From Chiloscyllium plagiosum (taxonomy: Eukaryota), in the NCBI RefSeq assembly GCF_004010195.1, contig NC_057758.1, positions 9,491,611-9,526,199 on the forward strand: 34,589 bases of DNA. Direction: 5' to 3'. This document shows, piece by piece, positions 1 to 10,200 of the stretch; the stretch's first letter is position 1, and every line of letters begins with the position of its first letter. The position numbers and the translations under genes were made by a program. Under the pieces are notes generated by a model. The model was not told the origin of the DNA. It saw only the letters and a program-made list of their open reading frames with translations, and searched no databases.

Positions 1-130
1 GGGTGGGGGAGTTCAGGTGGCGGTTAATATCGCGGCGGCAGTTGGCTATGAAGAGGTCGAGGGCAGGTAGGAGGCCAGCACGGGGTGTCCAGGTGGATGG
101 GGTGTGTTGGAGGCGTGAGAAGGGGTTGAT
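1..130 (-). mobile_element. Penelope-like retroelement ORF fragment (region N-terminal to the RT)
   Basis: Reverse complement reads PFSRLQHTPSTWTPRAGLLPALDLFIANCRRDINR, which I recognise as a shark Penelope-like ORF motif; runs off the window start. Confidence 0.75.
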
Positions 131-360
131 CTAGACCGAGTTATTGTTCCCTTTAACGGATGAAAGTAAGAGGTGAACTGAAACTGTTTGTTCAGTCACT
201 GTGATTATTGTGAGTCTCCATGGATTCTAATTAGGCTGGAGGATGATATCTATCGTTTAATGATAAATGAGCTCCTGTCAATGTGTTATCTCATAGTATG
301 AGCGGGTGTATCAACCAATGCACTAACAAGGATCAGCAGCTCCAGGGAGAGAGAAAGGAA

Positions 361-580
361 AGATCAGAATCTTAGAACAATAGGCTGGAATGTCCTAGCG
401 ATGGATCAGAATCTGAGAACTATAGACTGGAAAGTTAGAGCCATGCATCAGAGTCTGAGAACAATGGAATGGAACGTTATACCAATGGATCAGAATATGA
501 GAACATTAGACTGGAACGTTTCAACAGTGGATCAGAATCTGAGAACAATACACTGGAATGTTACAACAAAGGACAGGAGT
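361..580 (+). repeat. 42-bp coding minisatellite, 5 units plus a partial sixth
   Basis: Units start at 361, 403, 445, 487, 529 and 571 (partial); consensus about GGATCAGAATCTGAGAACAATAGACTGGAATGTT..A.CAAT, encoding about MDQNLRTxDWNVxx. Confidence 0.95.
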
Positions 581-707
581 TTATCTGGGACTATTTGGCA
601 CCTTTCTACATATTATGGCCAATTGTCATTATCATGGCGCATCTATTTTGCTCTTCACATTGTTCAATACTTTTATTACCCTTTCCTGGCTACTGTGGGT
701 GTCCCTG
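401..707 (+). CDS. GPR139-like: First coding exon of a rhodopsin-class GPCR, shark GPR139/GPR142-like family (repeat ectodomain + first half of TM1)
   Basis: Open frame from ATG 401 to ...ALHIVQYFYYPFLATVGVP-G|GTAAG (donor at 708, phase 1). YYPxLxxVGVP followed by an intron matches the start of TM1 in the GPR139/142 family as I recall it. N-glycosylation sequons NVS and NVT are present. The ORF-track extension to 751 is intron read-through. Confidence 0.75.
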
Positions 708-2354
708 GTAAGTTTTACTGTCCTGTTAAAATATCTATAAAAATATGTTGAATTGTATTGCTATTCTTTTATTTTACACTACACTCTTTGCATTATTATG
801 ATTCCTGCTAAGATTCTGAATGCATGTAATAACTCTACAAACCATTACTAACTGCTTCAATGAACTTGTTCATTCACTCTCCCACTCTTTGCTTCTGTCC
901 CTCCTCTGTATCTCTGTTGACCTACTCAGTTTCAGCTATCAGCCACAATTCATTGTATCACTGTCCTTGTTATTTAAATATTGGGAACATGGAGGTCACT
1001 ATCTTCTGTTTCAGTTACAAACTCCATTTTCTTCCTTTGTCTCCACATATCTCTGGCCAATATCTGAGGCTAAAACAGACGAATCACAACTGTGATGATC
1101 CCGTTGACCACGAGCTGATTCCTGACAGCAGACGAAATTTAAACTATGAACACCTCCAGAATATACTTCACTGGTTCAGCCCATCTCCTATTTGAAACCT
1201 GAGCTATTAAATACTGTCTTACTGATGTCAATAATCTGTTCCTGACACATCTAGTATCAAGTCTGCTGAAGTAAATCTGAGTCGCTACTATTCAGTCAAA
1301 CAATCATGTACACACACAGACACACACAGTCCAACCATTCACCTACCTAGCGACATAACTGTCAGAGATCCATTTAGTGTCACTAACAGCATGGGCTGCA
1401 ATATTCCCCGTTCTAGACGGTTATATCGTGCAAGGAAAGTAGCAACTTACTGGCAAAGGTTTGCAATGCATCCTATCCCTGGGCAGATAGCTCAGTTCAT
1501 TTATATACGCAGCAGCAGTCTGCACAGTTCTCTATGCTGGGCTGTATATTGCTCCAGTTAATGGTGTTTAGGCTGGTTCTGTGGAGCTGATTCAGAATTT
1601 AATGTCACGAATCATTTCAGCTCATCTGGCAATGGCTTTACGCAATTTTCTCATTCTTGTGATTTGGAGACTCGTAGGTCTCATACCTCCAGTTAGTCTC
1701 GGTCCCTAATCTTTTTCCCCCATGTTCTTACAACATTTTCTCAGTTAATTGATTGTCTGTTTCCATTTTCAATGTGATTTTTTTTAAATGTCCCTCCATA
1801 TCTTTCCCAGGTCTTTGTTTTTATTTCCCCAGTATATCAAGTGCTGGCATTGTGAAATTTTGAAACAATGAAATGGTGTGTATCCGTTTGTTGTTCACAT
1901 CCTGGGGTGTTCCATGGTGTGCTCCATGTTGGACAGGGCGTTTTAGCTGCACTGAATCGCGTCTTTGAAACGTGGTCTGTCCCTCTCAGATGATCGCACT
2001 GTCAATAATATGAGGAAGCCCACTTGAATATTATTGTGAAAGGACCATGCATCGAACTTGTAGCTGACGAGATCCTGACAGACTCCTGTCTTTGAAATCA
2101 TCGTGGAGGTACTGTGGATGGTTTGCAGGAGGTTATGCTGTGAGCTGCCTCAGACATTCAATGAAATCTGAGCATGTAGTCGCCCAACTCTGGACGGATC
2201 ATGAGGATGTAGTGATAGTATCTGAGAGTGCAACATGAACAGCAAATGGAGCACAGGCTGCAGAGAATGGAAACTCTGAACCCACAGAGTATTGTGGTGA
2301 AAGAGATCTACTGCATCCACCCCGGGATTTCTGAGAACAGCGTCCATAAAATCA

Positions 2355-2930
2355 TTGAGATATACAGTACAGAAACAGACGTTTAAGTCCAACTTATACA
2401 TGCCGACCAGATATTCCATATCAAACTCGAGCTATTTACCAACATCTGAATCATATCCATCTGAACGTTCCGATTTATGGATCCATGCAAATGCATTTTA
2501 AATATTGTAATTGTGGCATCCTCTACTACCCTCTCTGTCAGTTAATTCCAATCACACTCTTTGTGAAAATATTGTCCTTAGGTCCCTTTTAAATTTTGCC
2601 CCTCTGATTTTAAACCTATGCCCTCTGATTCCCTCACTCTGTGCAAAATATCCTGTGTATTCCCCGTATACATGTTTCTCATCACATTATAAACATCTAT
2701 ATGGTCACCTCTCAGTGTATGGTAATCCGGGGCAACAGCCCTCACCTTTTCAGCCTGTCTGTTTAGCTCAATTCATCCAACAATGGCAACATCCTTGTAA
2801 ATCTTTCCTGAACCATTTCAAATTCCACAACACCCTTCCTATAGTAGGGCTAAATACAATATTTCAATAATAGTCCATCCAATGTGCTGTACAGCCACTA
2901 TATCTCCTCCCAGCTCCGATATTCAATGCA
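2355..2930 (-). mobile_element. CR1/HER1-type LINE, 5'-truncated 3' end, decayed
   Basis: Reverse complement of CR1 ORF2 C-terminus and 3' UTR (..TACAGTACAGAAACAGAC..GTCCAAC..CATGCCGACCAGATA..), homologous to the plus-strand tail at 22240-22315. Confidence 0.75.
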
Positions 2931-3465
2931 TTGATCAATTATTTCCAGAAATTTCTGTTCTTGAACAAGTTCCAAAGACGGCTGTCAAAGCTGCTCAAAC
3001 GCCGTGTCCAATATGGAGTGCCATCAACTCGGAAGTGAAAGATTATGTAAAGTGGACAAATCTATTAGTTCTGAAACTAGATAAGGCTGGCATCATTGAC
3101 ACGACAGAGCTCTTAAACATGGTCATGGAGAGAAACAGAGGGATACACATTCACTTTAAACAAAGAAGATGACACTACAGGAAGTAAAGATATTCAGATG
3201 AATATGTTAAACGTTTTTGAGGTATGTGACAAATTGGAGGCGCGTCACCAGGGAGTGACTCTCAGAAGAATAAGAACATTAAAACTGAAGTGTTAGCATC
3301 CGAAACCAGAGTAGGTCACTGAATAAAAGGCTCTAGGGGGAATGTGTCTCAGTGTGAATTGGGATCAGGCAGCAGAACAGCATTGCAGATATTGAAGCTA
3401 TAACTAAGCATCCATGTGGTGTTGTAGACCACAGCAGAGTCAGGAGAAGAAGAACTGTATTCAAG

Positions 3466-3886
3466 ATTTGTAGATGCCGGTGTTGGACTGGGGTATACAA
3501 AGTTGAAAATCGCATAACACCAGGTTATATTCCAACAGGTTTGAATGACCAGATAATGAAGATTAGAATCAGTCTGACCATTGTAGCACAGACAGTCTCA
3601 CACAGAGAAGCTTACGCCTTCAACACATTATCTGGGCAAACACGACAACAATTGTGAATGTTCACTTGAAAATATAACTTTATTCATAAATGTTGCGATT
3701 TACATATGAAAGAACTGAAACAAACATGGTTATTCTGACAGATGACAGATTTAACAATTAATCCAGGTCTTTTTCAATATATAATTTCAGTTACATCACA
3801 CTGTAAACTTTGGTATAAATTCTGTGTCTCCAAAACCACCCGATTGAGGAGCAGCACTCCGAAAGCTAGAGCAGGACTATAACCTG
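3466..3886. mobile_element. Non-autonomous Penelope-derived element with near-perfect target-site duplication
   Basis: Flanked by GAACTGTATTCAAG (3452-3465) and GAATTGTATTCAAG (3887-3900). Inverted terminal motif CCAGGTTATA (3520) / TATAACCTGG (3878). Degenerate hammerhead-like CCGATTGA-GGAG-CAGCA-CTCC-GAAAGC at ~3840-3866. Confidence 0.65.
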
Positions 3887-4034
3887 GAATTGTATTCAAG
3901 CACACTCTTTAACTTTTTAGCCTGGAGAATCCCTCAGTCTATTATTACCATCAATGGTTCGGCGTCAAATGTGGATGGACATGCCAGGGTCAGAACCGTG
4001 CGCACTGAAAACTGATGAAAATGCGTTAAGTACA

Positions 4035-4350
4035 ATAAAACCACAAGTCATAGAAGCAGAAATTAGGTCAATCAGCCCATCGAGTCTGCTCCACCATCCA
4101 ATCATTGCTGGTAGGTTTCTCAACGCCATTCTACCTCTTTCTCCCCATAAAACCTTGATTCCCTTTACAATCAAGAATCTATCTATCTCTGTCTTGAATA
4201 TACTTAATGACCTGGCCTCTACAGCTTGCTGTGGCAGTGAAGTCCATAGATTCCTCACTCTCTGGCTGAAGAAGTTTCTCCTTATCTCCGTTCTAAAAGG
4301 TCTTCCCTTTACTCTAAGGCAATACTCTCTGGTAGTCGTCTCTTCTATAA
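4035..4350 (-). mobile_element. CR1 LINE 3' fragment
   Basis: Minus ORF ...NLWTSLPQQAVEARSLSIFKTEIDRFL... is the CR1 ORF2 C-terminus, followed by the 3' UTR. Confidence 0.85.
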
Positions 4351-4357
4351 ATTCTAT

Positions 4358-4466
4358 AAGAGCTTATGCTTGAAACCTCGACGCCACCCCCCCCCCCACC
4401 TCCACCCCCCAGCTCCTCGGATGCTGCCTGACCGGCTGTGTTTTTCCAACACCTCACTTTTTGACA
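4358..4466 (+). mobile_element. Penelope-derived terminal-repeat fragment
   Basis: GCTTATGCTTGAAACCTCGAC...GCTCCTCGGATGCTGCCTGACCGGCTGTGTTTTTCCA matches the right arm of the palindromic element at 6035-6100. Confidence 0.65.
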
Positions 4467-4467
4467 C

Positions 4468-4755
4468 AGAATAAGGGATGCCAATTAGAAACTGAGATAC
4501 AACTAAATTCTTTCTCACAGAAGGACGTGAATGTCTGGAACTGCCTAACCAAGAGAGTTGTGGAGGCTAGATCAATGAATGTATTTACGAGCAGGACAGA
4601 AGTGTTTTGACACTTTGGCGAGCTCAGGGGTAAAAGGAATTAACAGGAAATTTTGCTTGAGCCCTGGAGCAGATCAGCCATGCTCTCATTGAATGTCCGG
4701 GCAGGGTTGAGGGCCGAATGTCCTCCTTCTGTTCATACTTCGCATCTTTTTATAT
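4468..4755 (+). mobile_element. CR1 LINE 3' fragment
   Basis: TTCTTTCTCACAGAAGGACGTGAATGTCTGGAACTGCCTA..GAGAGTTGTGGAGGCT (FFSQ..WN.LP..VVEA remnant) and tail GGGCCGAATGTCCTCCTTCTGTTC. Confidence 0.75.
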
Positions 4756-5443
4756 TCTGTTATTGAAAATTAACTGGATATTTTCCCAGCAATAGTGTTG
4801 TGCAGTGTTGCATTCAGAGACAGCAGAGGATTAGATTGAGCTAACCGTGGGTGAGATATGGAGGCTGCATTCACAGTGAATCTGAGCATGATCAACATCT
4901 GTGGCAGAAGTTGCAGAGAGGGACAGCCTGGAAAGAGGGTTGAGCGGGGAGGGGGCTTCTATCTAATCCAGGCTGGGCGTTCCAAGAATATTTCCCAATC
5001 TACACTTAAACTGTCTTGGAATTATCTCACGAGTCATTTTATGCAGCTGGACTCTTATTTTATTCCTGTCTCCTTCTATAAACCGGGTGGAATATTTACA
5101 GCTTTTCTATGTTCTGGCGCTACTCCCACATATAAGGAAGAAAGATTTAAAGAAATGAAGGTTTATGGTCCATCCCTCAGTAACCCGGATGCATTTCAGT
5201 CAGACCGAGTAAATGTTCACTTCTTTTGTGAGATGAATAGTGATGTGGGCAGGGCTTTAACTGAATCTGGCTGTTCGGTGACTGCAATTAATATCAGCAT
5301 CCATTGATTCCTATTATGCCAGTGGAGTGTCTCCATCTTTTGACAATAACTGGGCTCCGTTCAATGTGTTACATTGTTTTATGAGCAGGAACATCACGTA
5401 AAGCACTCACAATCATCAGCAGCTCCAGAGAGAGGGGGAAGGA

Positions 5444-5856
5444 GAGATCAGAATCGAAGTACATTGGACTGGAATATTCCAAAATGAGGAGATACTGAAG
5501 ACTGCAGGGCCTGGAGGAGGCACAGCAGGTAAGGTAGCATCCGAGGAGCAAGAGAGTCTAAGCTTGGGGCAGGACCCTTCTTAACTCCTGAAGAAGGCTC
5601 CTGCCCGAAACGTCGAATTTCCTGCTCCATGAATACTATGTCACCTCCTGTGCCTTTACCCGCGTCATTTTCCAATATTGGAATAGAATCTCAGACCAAT
5701 AGATTGCAATGTTCCAACAATGGACAGGAGTGTATCCTGAGATTATTGTTATTTTTTCTACATATTATGATGCATTGTCATTAATTTCGCAAATCAGAGT
5801 TGCACTTCTCATTATTCAGTATTATTGTCATATTCTGATTATCGTTGGTGTGCCTG
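5444..5856 (+). pseudogene. GPR139-like: Pseudo-exon 1 of a paralogous GPR139-like receptor
   Basis: Two 42-bp-type units (GATCAGAATCGAAGTACATTGGACTGGAAT at 5446; AGAATCTCAGACCAATAGATTGCAATGTT at ~5686) separated by a TE. The MDRSVS frame hits TGA and is shifted relative to ..TYYDALSLISQIRVALLIIQYYCHILIIVGVP. The donor is G|CTAAG instead of G|GTAAG. Confidence 0.75.
5487..5668. mobile_element. Palindromic Penelope-derived non-autonomous element
   Basis: Inverted arms GGCACAGCAGG..CATCCGAGGAGCA..GGGCAGGACCCTTC / GAAGGCTCCTGCCCGAAACGTCG..TGCTCCATGAAT..CCTCCTGTGCC. Hammerhead-like core CTGAAGA (5588-5594)...GAAAC (5607-5611). Absent from copy 1. Confidence 0.7.
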
Positions 5857-5911
5857 CTAAGTATAATCGTCCATTTCACATTTCTTTCAATCATGCATCA
5901 CTATATTACAG

Positions 5912-6115
5912 GTAGAAAATTAGGACTGCAGATGCTGGAGATCAGAGTCAAAGACTGTGGTGCTGGAAAAGCACAACTGCTTAGGCAGCTTCTGAGGAAC
6001 AGGAGAGTTGACGTTTCGGGCATAGACAGAGAAGTGCTTACACCCGAAACGTCGACTGTTCTGCTCCTCGGATGATTCCTGACCTGCTGTGCTTTACCAA
6101 AACTATACTCTTTAT
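5912..6115. mobile_element. Palindromic Penelope-derived non-autonomous element
   Basis: Arms AAAGCACA..AGG..TCTGAGGAACAGGAGAGTTGACGTTTCGGG / CCCGAAACGTCGACTGTTCTGCTCCTCGGA..CCT..TGTGCTTT. Same family as 5487-5668; absent from copy 1. Confidence 0.75.
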
Positions 6116-6954
6116 TACTGTATTACAGTTCCTTTCATTTACTGTACATTTGCTACTGTTACTGTTCCTGCTGAGTCTTTCAATTCAGATAATCACTCCG
6201 CAAACCATTGCGAACTGCATCAGTGAACTTGTTCATTCACTCTCTCCTTCTTAGCTTCTATCCCTCATGTATTTCTCTGTTGACCTATTCCATTTTATCT
6301 GTGATCCACGATTCATTGTTTCTCTGCCCCTGTTATTTAAATATTGGGAGCATGGAGGTCACCATCTTCTGTTTTGTTTAAAAAAAAACTCAATTTCCTT
6401 CCAATGCCTCCATCCCACCCCTGGCCAGTATCTGAAGGTAAAACAGACGAATCAGAACAGTGGTGATCCCTTTGGACATGAGTTGACTCCTTACACCAGA
6501 CCGAGATGATTCCTAATTTTACCTATTAACACCTCCAGAGTACACTTCACTGGCACATCCCATCTGCTATTTGAACCTTGAGGTATGAAATCATAATGAT
6601 GTCAATAATCTGTTGTTGACACTCCCAGTTTCAACCTGCAACAGCAACTATGAGTCAATACCCCATGGCTTGTCTCCGAACTGATACCAAAACCCAATCC
6701 ATGCATCATTCCTGTGCATACTGATCTGTATTGTTGTTTAGTCGGGAAAAAAATCTTTATTTTAGTGTTCTGAGACATATCTTCACATCTGCCTACGAAA
6801 CGTCACTCATTCTCTCTCTCTCTGTCAATTAGCAAGAACCTAGTTTTACTTGCACTCCACCCCATCCACCTCCACTGCGTGACATAACATCATATCAAGA
6901 TGAAAATACAGAACAAATCATATGACATCCATTAACTAGATACTTGAAATAACA

Positions 6955-7130
6955 TGCATGCATACACAAACACGCACGCACAGACACAAACTCACCCACA
7001 CATAGACACAGGTAGACACACACTCACACACATACAGACACACATACTCACACACATAACAATACACATACAGACAGACAGACGCACACACAAGCATGGG
7101 TGTGCGCGTGCGCGGGCACACATACACACA
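6955..7130. repeat. Degenerate (CA)n-rich microsatellite
   Basis: CACA/CAGA/CATA runs; explains the H/T-rich and V/C-rich ORFs here. Confidence 0.9.
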
Positions 7131-7219
7131 AAAAACTTTCCTTATCCTGATGAAATGTAGATATACAGAAATAAACTTTTGGGGCCGCATTTACTGTGTC
7201 TCAAAACATAGGCTGCAAA

Positions 7220-10200
7220 ATGTACATGCAGGACGTATTGCACCTGAACTAGACGGGCACAAATGTCCTGGGTGGAAGATTTGCGCGTGTGATTCGGAGG
7301 GTTTAAACAGGTTTGGCAGGGGGGAGGGAATCAGAGCCACATGTATGAGAGGGGGTCAGTTGCAGACGGGACAGTGACAGGATATATTGAATCTATCAGG
7401 AAGGATTCTCACGCGATGAACCAAAAGGATCAGTTAAAGTGTGTCTGCTTTAATGCAAGGAGTATCCGAAATAAAAGTGATAAACTTAGAGCATGGATCA
7501 GTACTTGGGGCTACGATATTGTGGCCATAACGGAGACGTGGGTTTCACAGGGACAGGAATGGTTGCTTGGTGTTCCAGGGTTTAGAACGTTTAAAAAGAA
7601 CAGGGAGGGTGGCAAAAGAGGAGGGGGTGCAGCATTGCTAATCACAGAGTGCATCACAACTATAGGAACAAAGGTTGCTGAGGAAGGCTTATCTACTGAA
7701 TCGGTATGGTGGAAGTTATGAACAGCAATGGAACAGCCACTGCATTGGGGGTTTTCTACAGAACACCTAATAACAGTAGAGAGATTGAAGATCTCATAGG
7801 CGGGCAGATTCTGGAAAAATGCAAAAGTAGCAGGGTTGTTGTTATGGGTGATTTCAACTTTCCCAACATCAACTGGAACCTCCTTAGTGCAGATGGATTG
7901 GATGGAGCCGTTTTTGTCAGGTGTGTTCAGAAGGATTTCCTTACACAGTATGTAGTCAGACCAACGAGGGGAGAGACTATTTTGGATTTGGTGCTTGGCA
8001 ACGAACCAGGACAGATGTCCGATCTCACGGTGGGAAAGCACTTTGGTGAAAGTGATCACAACTGCCTCACATTTAACATAGCCTTGGAGAAGGAAAGGAG
8101 CAGTTACCGAGGGAAGATGTTTAATTGGGGAATATTAAATCACGACGCTATCAGACAGGATTTTGCAAGTACAGACTGGGAGCAATTGTTCCATAAAAAG
8201 GGCACAGCAGACATGTGGACACTATTTAAGAAGCAGTTGTTGCGAGTGATGCACAAATTTATTCCTCTGAGACAGGTAAGAAGGGGTAAGCTTGAGGAAT
8301 CTTGGGTGATGAGAACAGAGGAACTTCTCATCAAAAGGAAGAAGGCAGCGTGCATAAGGTGGAGGAAGCAAGGATCTAGCACAGCTTTAGAGGATTACAG
8401 GCTTACAAGAAACGAGCTCAGAAATGATCTGAGGAGAGCCAGGAGGGGGCACGAAAAAGGTTTGGCAAGAAGGATTAGGGAGAACCCAAAGGAATTTTCC
8501 TTATACATGAGGAATAAGAGAATGATCAGGGAGAAGGTAGGGCCGATCAGGGATAGCGGAGGGAACTTGTGCGTGGAGTCTGAGCAAATAGGAGAAGCCC
8601 TAAATGAGTTTTTGCTTCGGTTTTCACCAAGGAAAGGGACCTTGATGTAAATGAAAACTTAGAGGAGCTGGGATACAGTCTTGACCAGATCAAGATTGAT
8701 GAAGTTGATGTGCTAGGCATTTTGGAAAACATTAAGATTGATAAGTCCCCAGGGACAAATCAGATTTATCCTAGGCTGCTCCGGGAAGTGAGAAAGGACG
8801 TGGCGGGGATATTTGCCTCCTCACTCTCCACAGGAGTCATACCAGAGGATTAGAAGGAGGCGAATGCTGTTCCTCTTTACAAGAAGGGTAATAGGGAAAT
8901 CCCTGGCAATTACAGACCAGCCAGTCTTACGTCTGTGGTCAGCAACGTATTGGAAATAATTCTGAGGGATAGGATTTATGACTATTTGGCAAAGCATAGT
9001 GCGATTAAAGGCAGTCAGCATGGCTTTGTGAGGGGCAGATCATGCCTCACAAATCTTATTGAGTTCTTTGAAAAGGTGTCACTGCTATTGGGCGGCACGG
9101 TGGCACAGTGGTTAGCACTGCTGCCTCGCAGCGCCAGAGACCCGGGTTCAATTCCCGACTCAGGCGACTGTGTGGAGTTTGCACGTTCTCCCCGTGTCTG
9201 CGTGGGTTTCCTCCGGGTGCTCCGGTTTCCTCCTACAGTCCAAAGATGTGCAGGTCAGGTGAATTGGCCATGCTAAATTGCCCGTAGTGTTAGGTAAGGG
9301 GTAAATGTAGGGGTATGGGTGGGTTACGCTTCGGCGGGTCGGTGTGGACTTGTTGGGCCGAAGGGCCTGTTTCCACACTGTAAAGTAATCTAATCTAATC
9401 TAAAGTGTCAAGACAGGTCGACAGCAGTCGAGCGGTGGATATGGTGTATGTGGACTTCAGTAAAGCATTTGTTCGGGTTCCCCAAGGTAGACTCATTCAT
9501 AAAGTCAGGAAGTATGGGATACAGGGAGATTTGGCTATCTGGATTCAAAATTGGCTGGCTGACAGAAGGCAGAGAGTGGTTGCAGATGGAAGATAGTGTT
9601 GAGTGGGATCCCGCAGAGCTATGTTCTTCAGCCCCCACTCTTTGTAGTTTTTATAACTGACTTGGATGAGGAGGTTGGAGGTGGGTTAGTAAATTTGCAG
9701 ATGACACCAAGGTGGTTCGTGTCATCGAAAGTATAGAAGGCTACTACAGGCTGCAGTGTGAATAGACAGTATGCAGAGCTGGGCTGAGAAATGGCAGATG
9801 GAGTTCAACTTGGATGAATGCGCAGTGATACATTTTGGAAAGTCAAACCCGAATGCTGAATATAGGATTGAAGGCAGGATTCTTGGCGTTGAGGAACAGA
9901 GGGATGTGGGTGTGCAACTACATAGATCCCTCAAAGTTGCCACCCAAGCAGGTAGGATTGTTGAGAAAGCATATGGTGTTTTGTCTTTCATTAACAGGGG
10001 GATTGAGTTTAAGAGCCTTGAGATTTTGCTACAGTTCTACAAGTCCCTAGTGAGACTACGCTTGGAATATTGTGTCCGGTTCTGGTCGCCCGACTATAGG
10101 ACATGTACAGAGGTTTTGTAGAGGGTGCAAAGAAGGTTTACCAGGATGCTGCCTGGACTGGAGGGTTTGCCTTATGAAGAAACGTTGAATAAGCTCGGAC

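Larger units (their letters stand above)
131..2345 (+). repeat. Local duplication, copy 1 (upstream region + GPCR exon 1 + intron start)
   Basis: Collinear matches to copy 2: AGACCGAGT (132/5202), ATCAGCAGCTCCAG (332/5415), TGTTATTTAAATATTGGGA.CATGGAGGTCAC (968/6331), ACAATGAAATGGTGT (1865/11055), GAATATTATTGTGAAAG (2026/11242), CTCTGAA.CCAC (2274/11404). Confidence 0.85.

Noticed and set aside
361..580. Regularly spaced repeats resembling a CRISPR array
   Set aside because: Whole 42-bp units are homologous with no unique spacers, the period is a multiple of 3 within an ORF, the context is vertebrate and there are no cas genes.
708..751. ORF-track C-terminus KFYCPVKISIKIC
   Set aside because: Follows a canonical G|GTAAG donor in mid-TM1; treated as intron.
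1002..1070. Candidate acceptor TCTTCTGTTTCAG at 1014 for exon 2
   Set aside because: Spliced frame gives VTNSIFFLCLHISLANI then a stop, with no GPCR motifs; the AG is not kept in copy 2.
820..1195. Similar short ORFs in both duplicate copies (820-1195 and 6072-6509)
   Set aside because: Similarity comes from the DNA duplication; reading frames, starts and stops are not preserved.
4858..5307. 149-aa ORF
   Set aside because: No recognisable domain; lies in the upstream region of copy 2 and is probably a chance ORF.
6936..7190. His/Thr-rich and Val/Cys-rich ORFs
   Set aside because: Translations of a CA microsatellite.
7706..8650. 314-aa ORF as a host or domesticated gene
   Set aside because: Ordinary CR1 endonuclease/linker segment bounded by frameshifts in a disrupted ORF2.
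9090..9165. tRNA-like sequence with A and B boxes
   Set aside because: It is the head of an HE1 SINE, not a tRNA gene.
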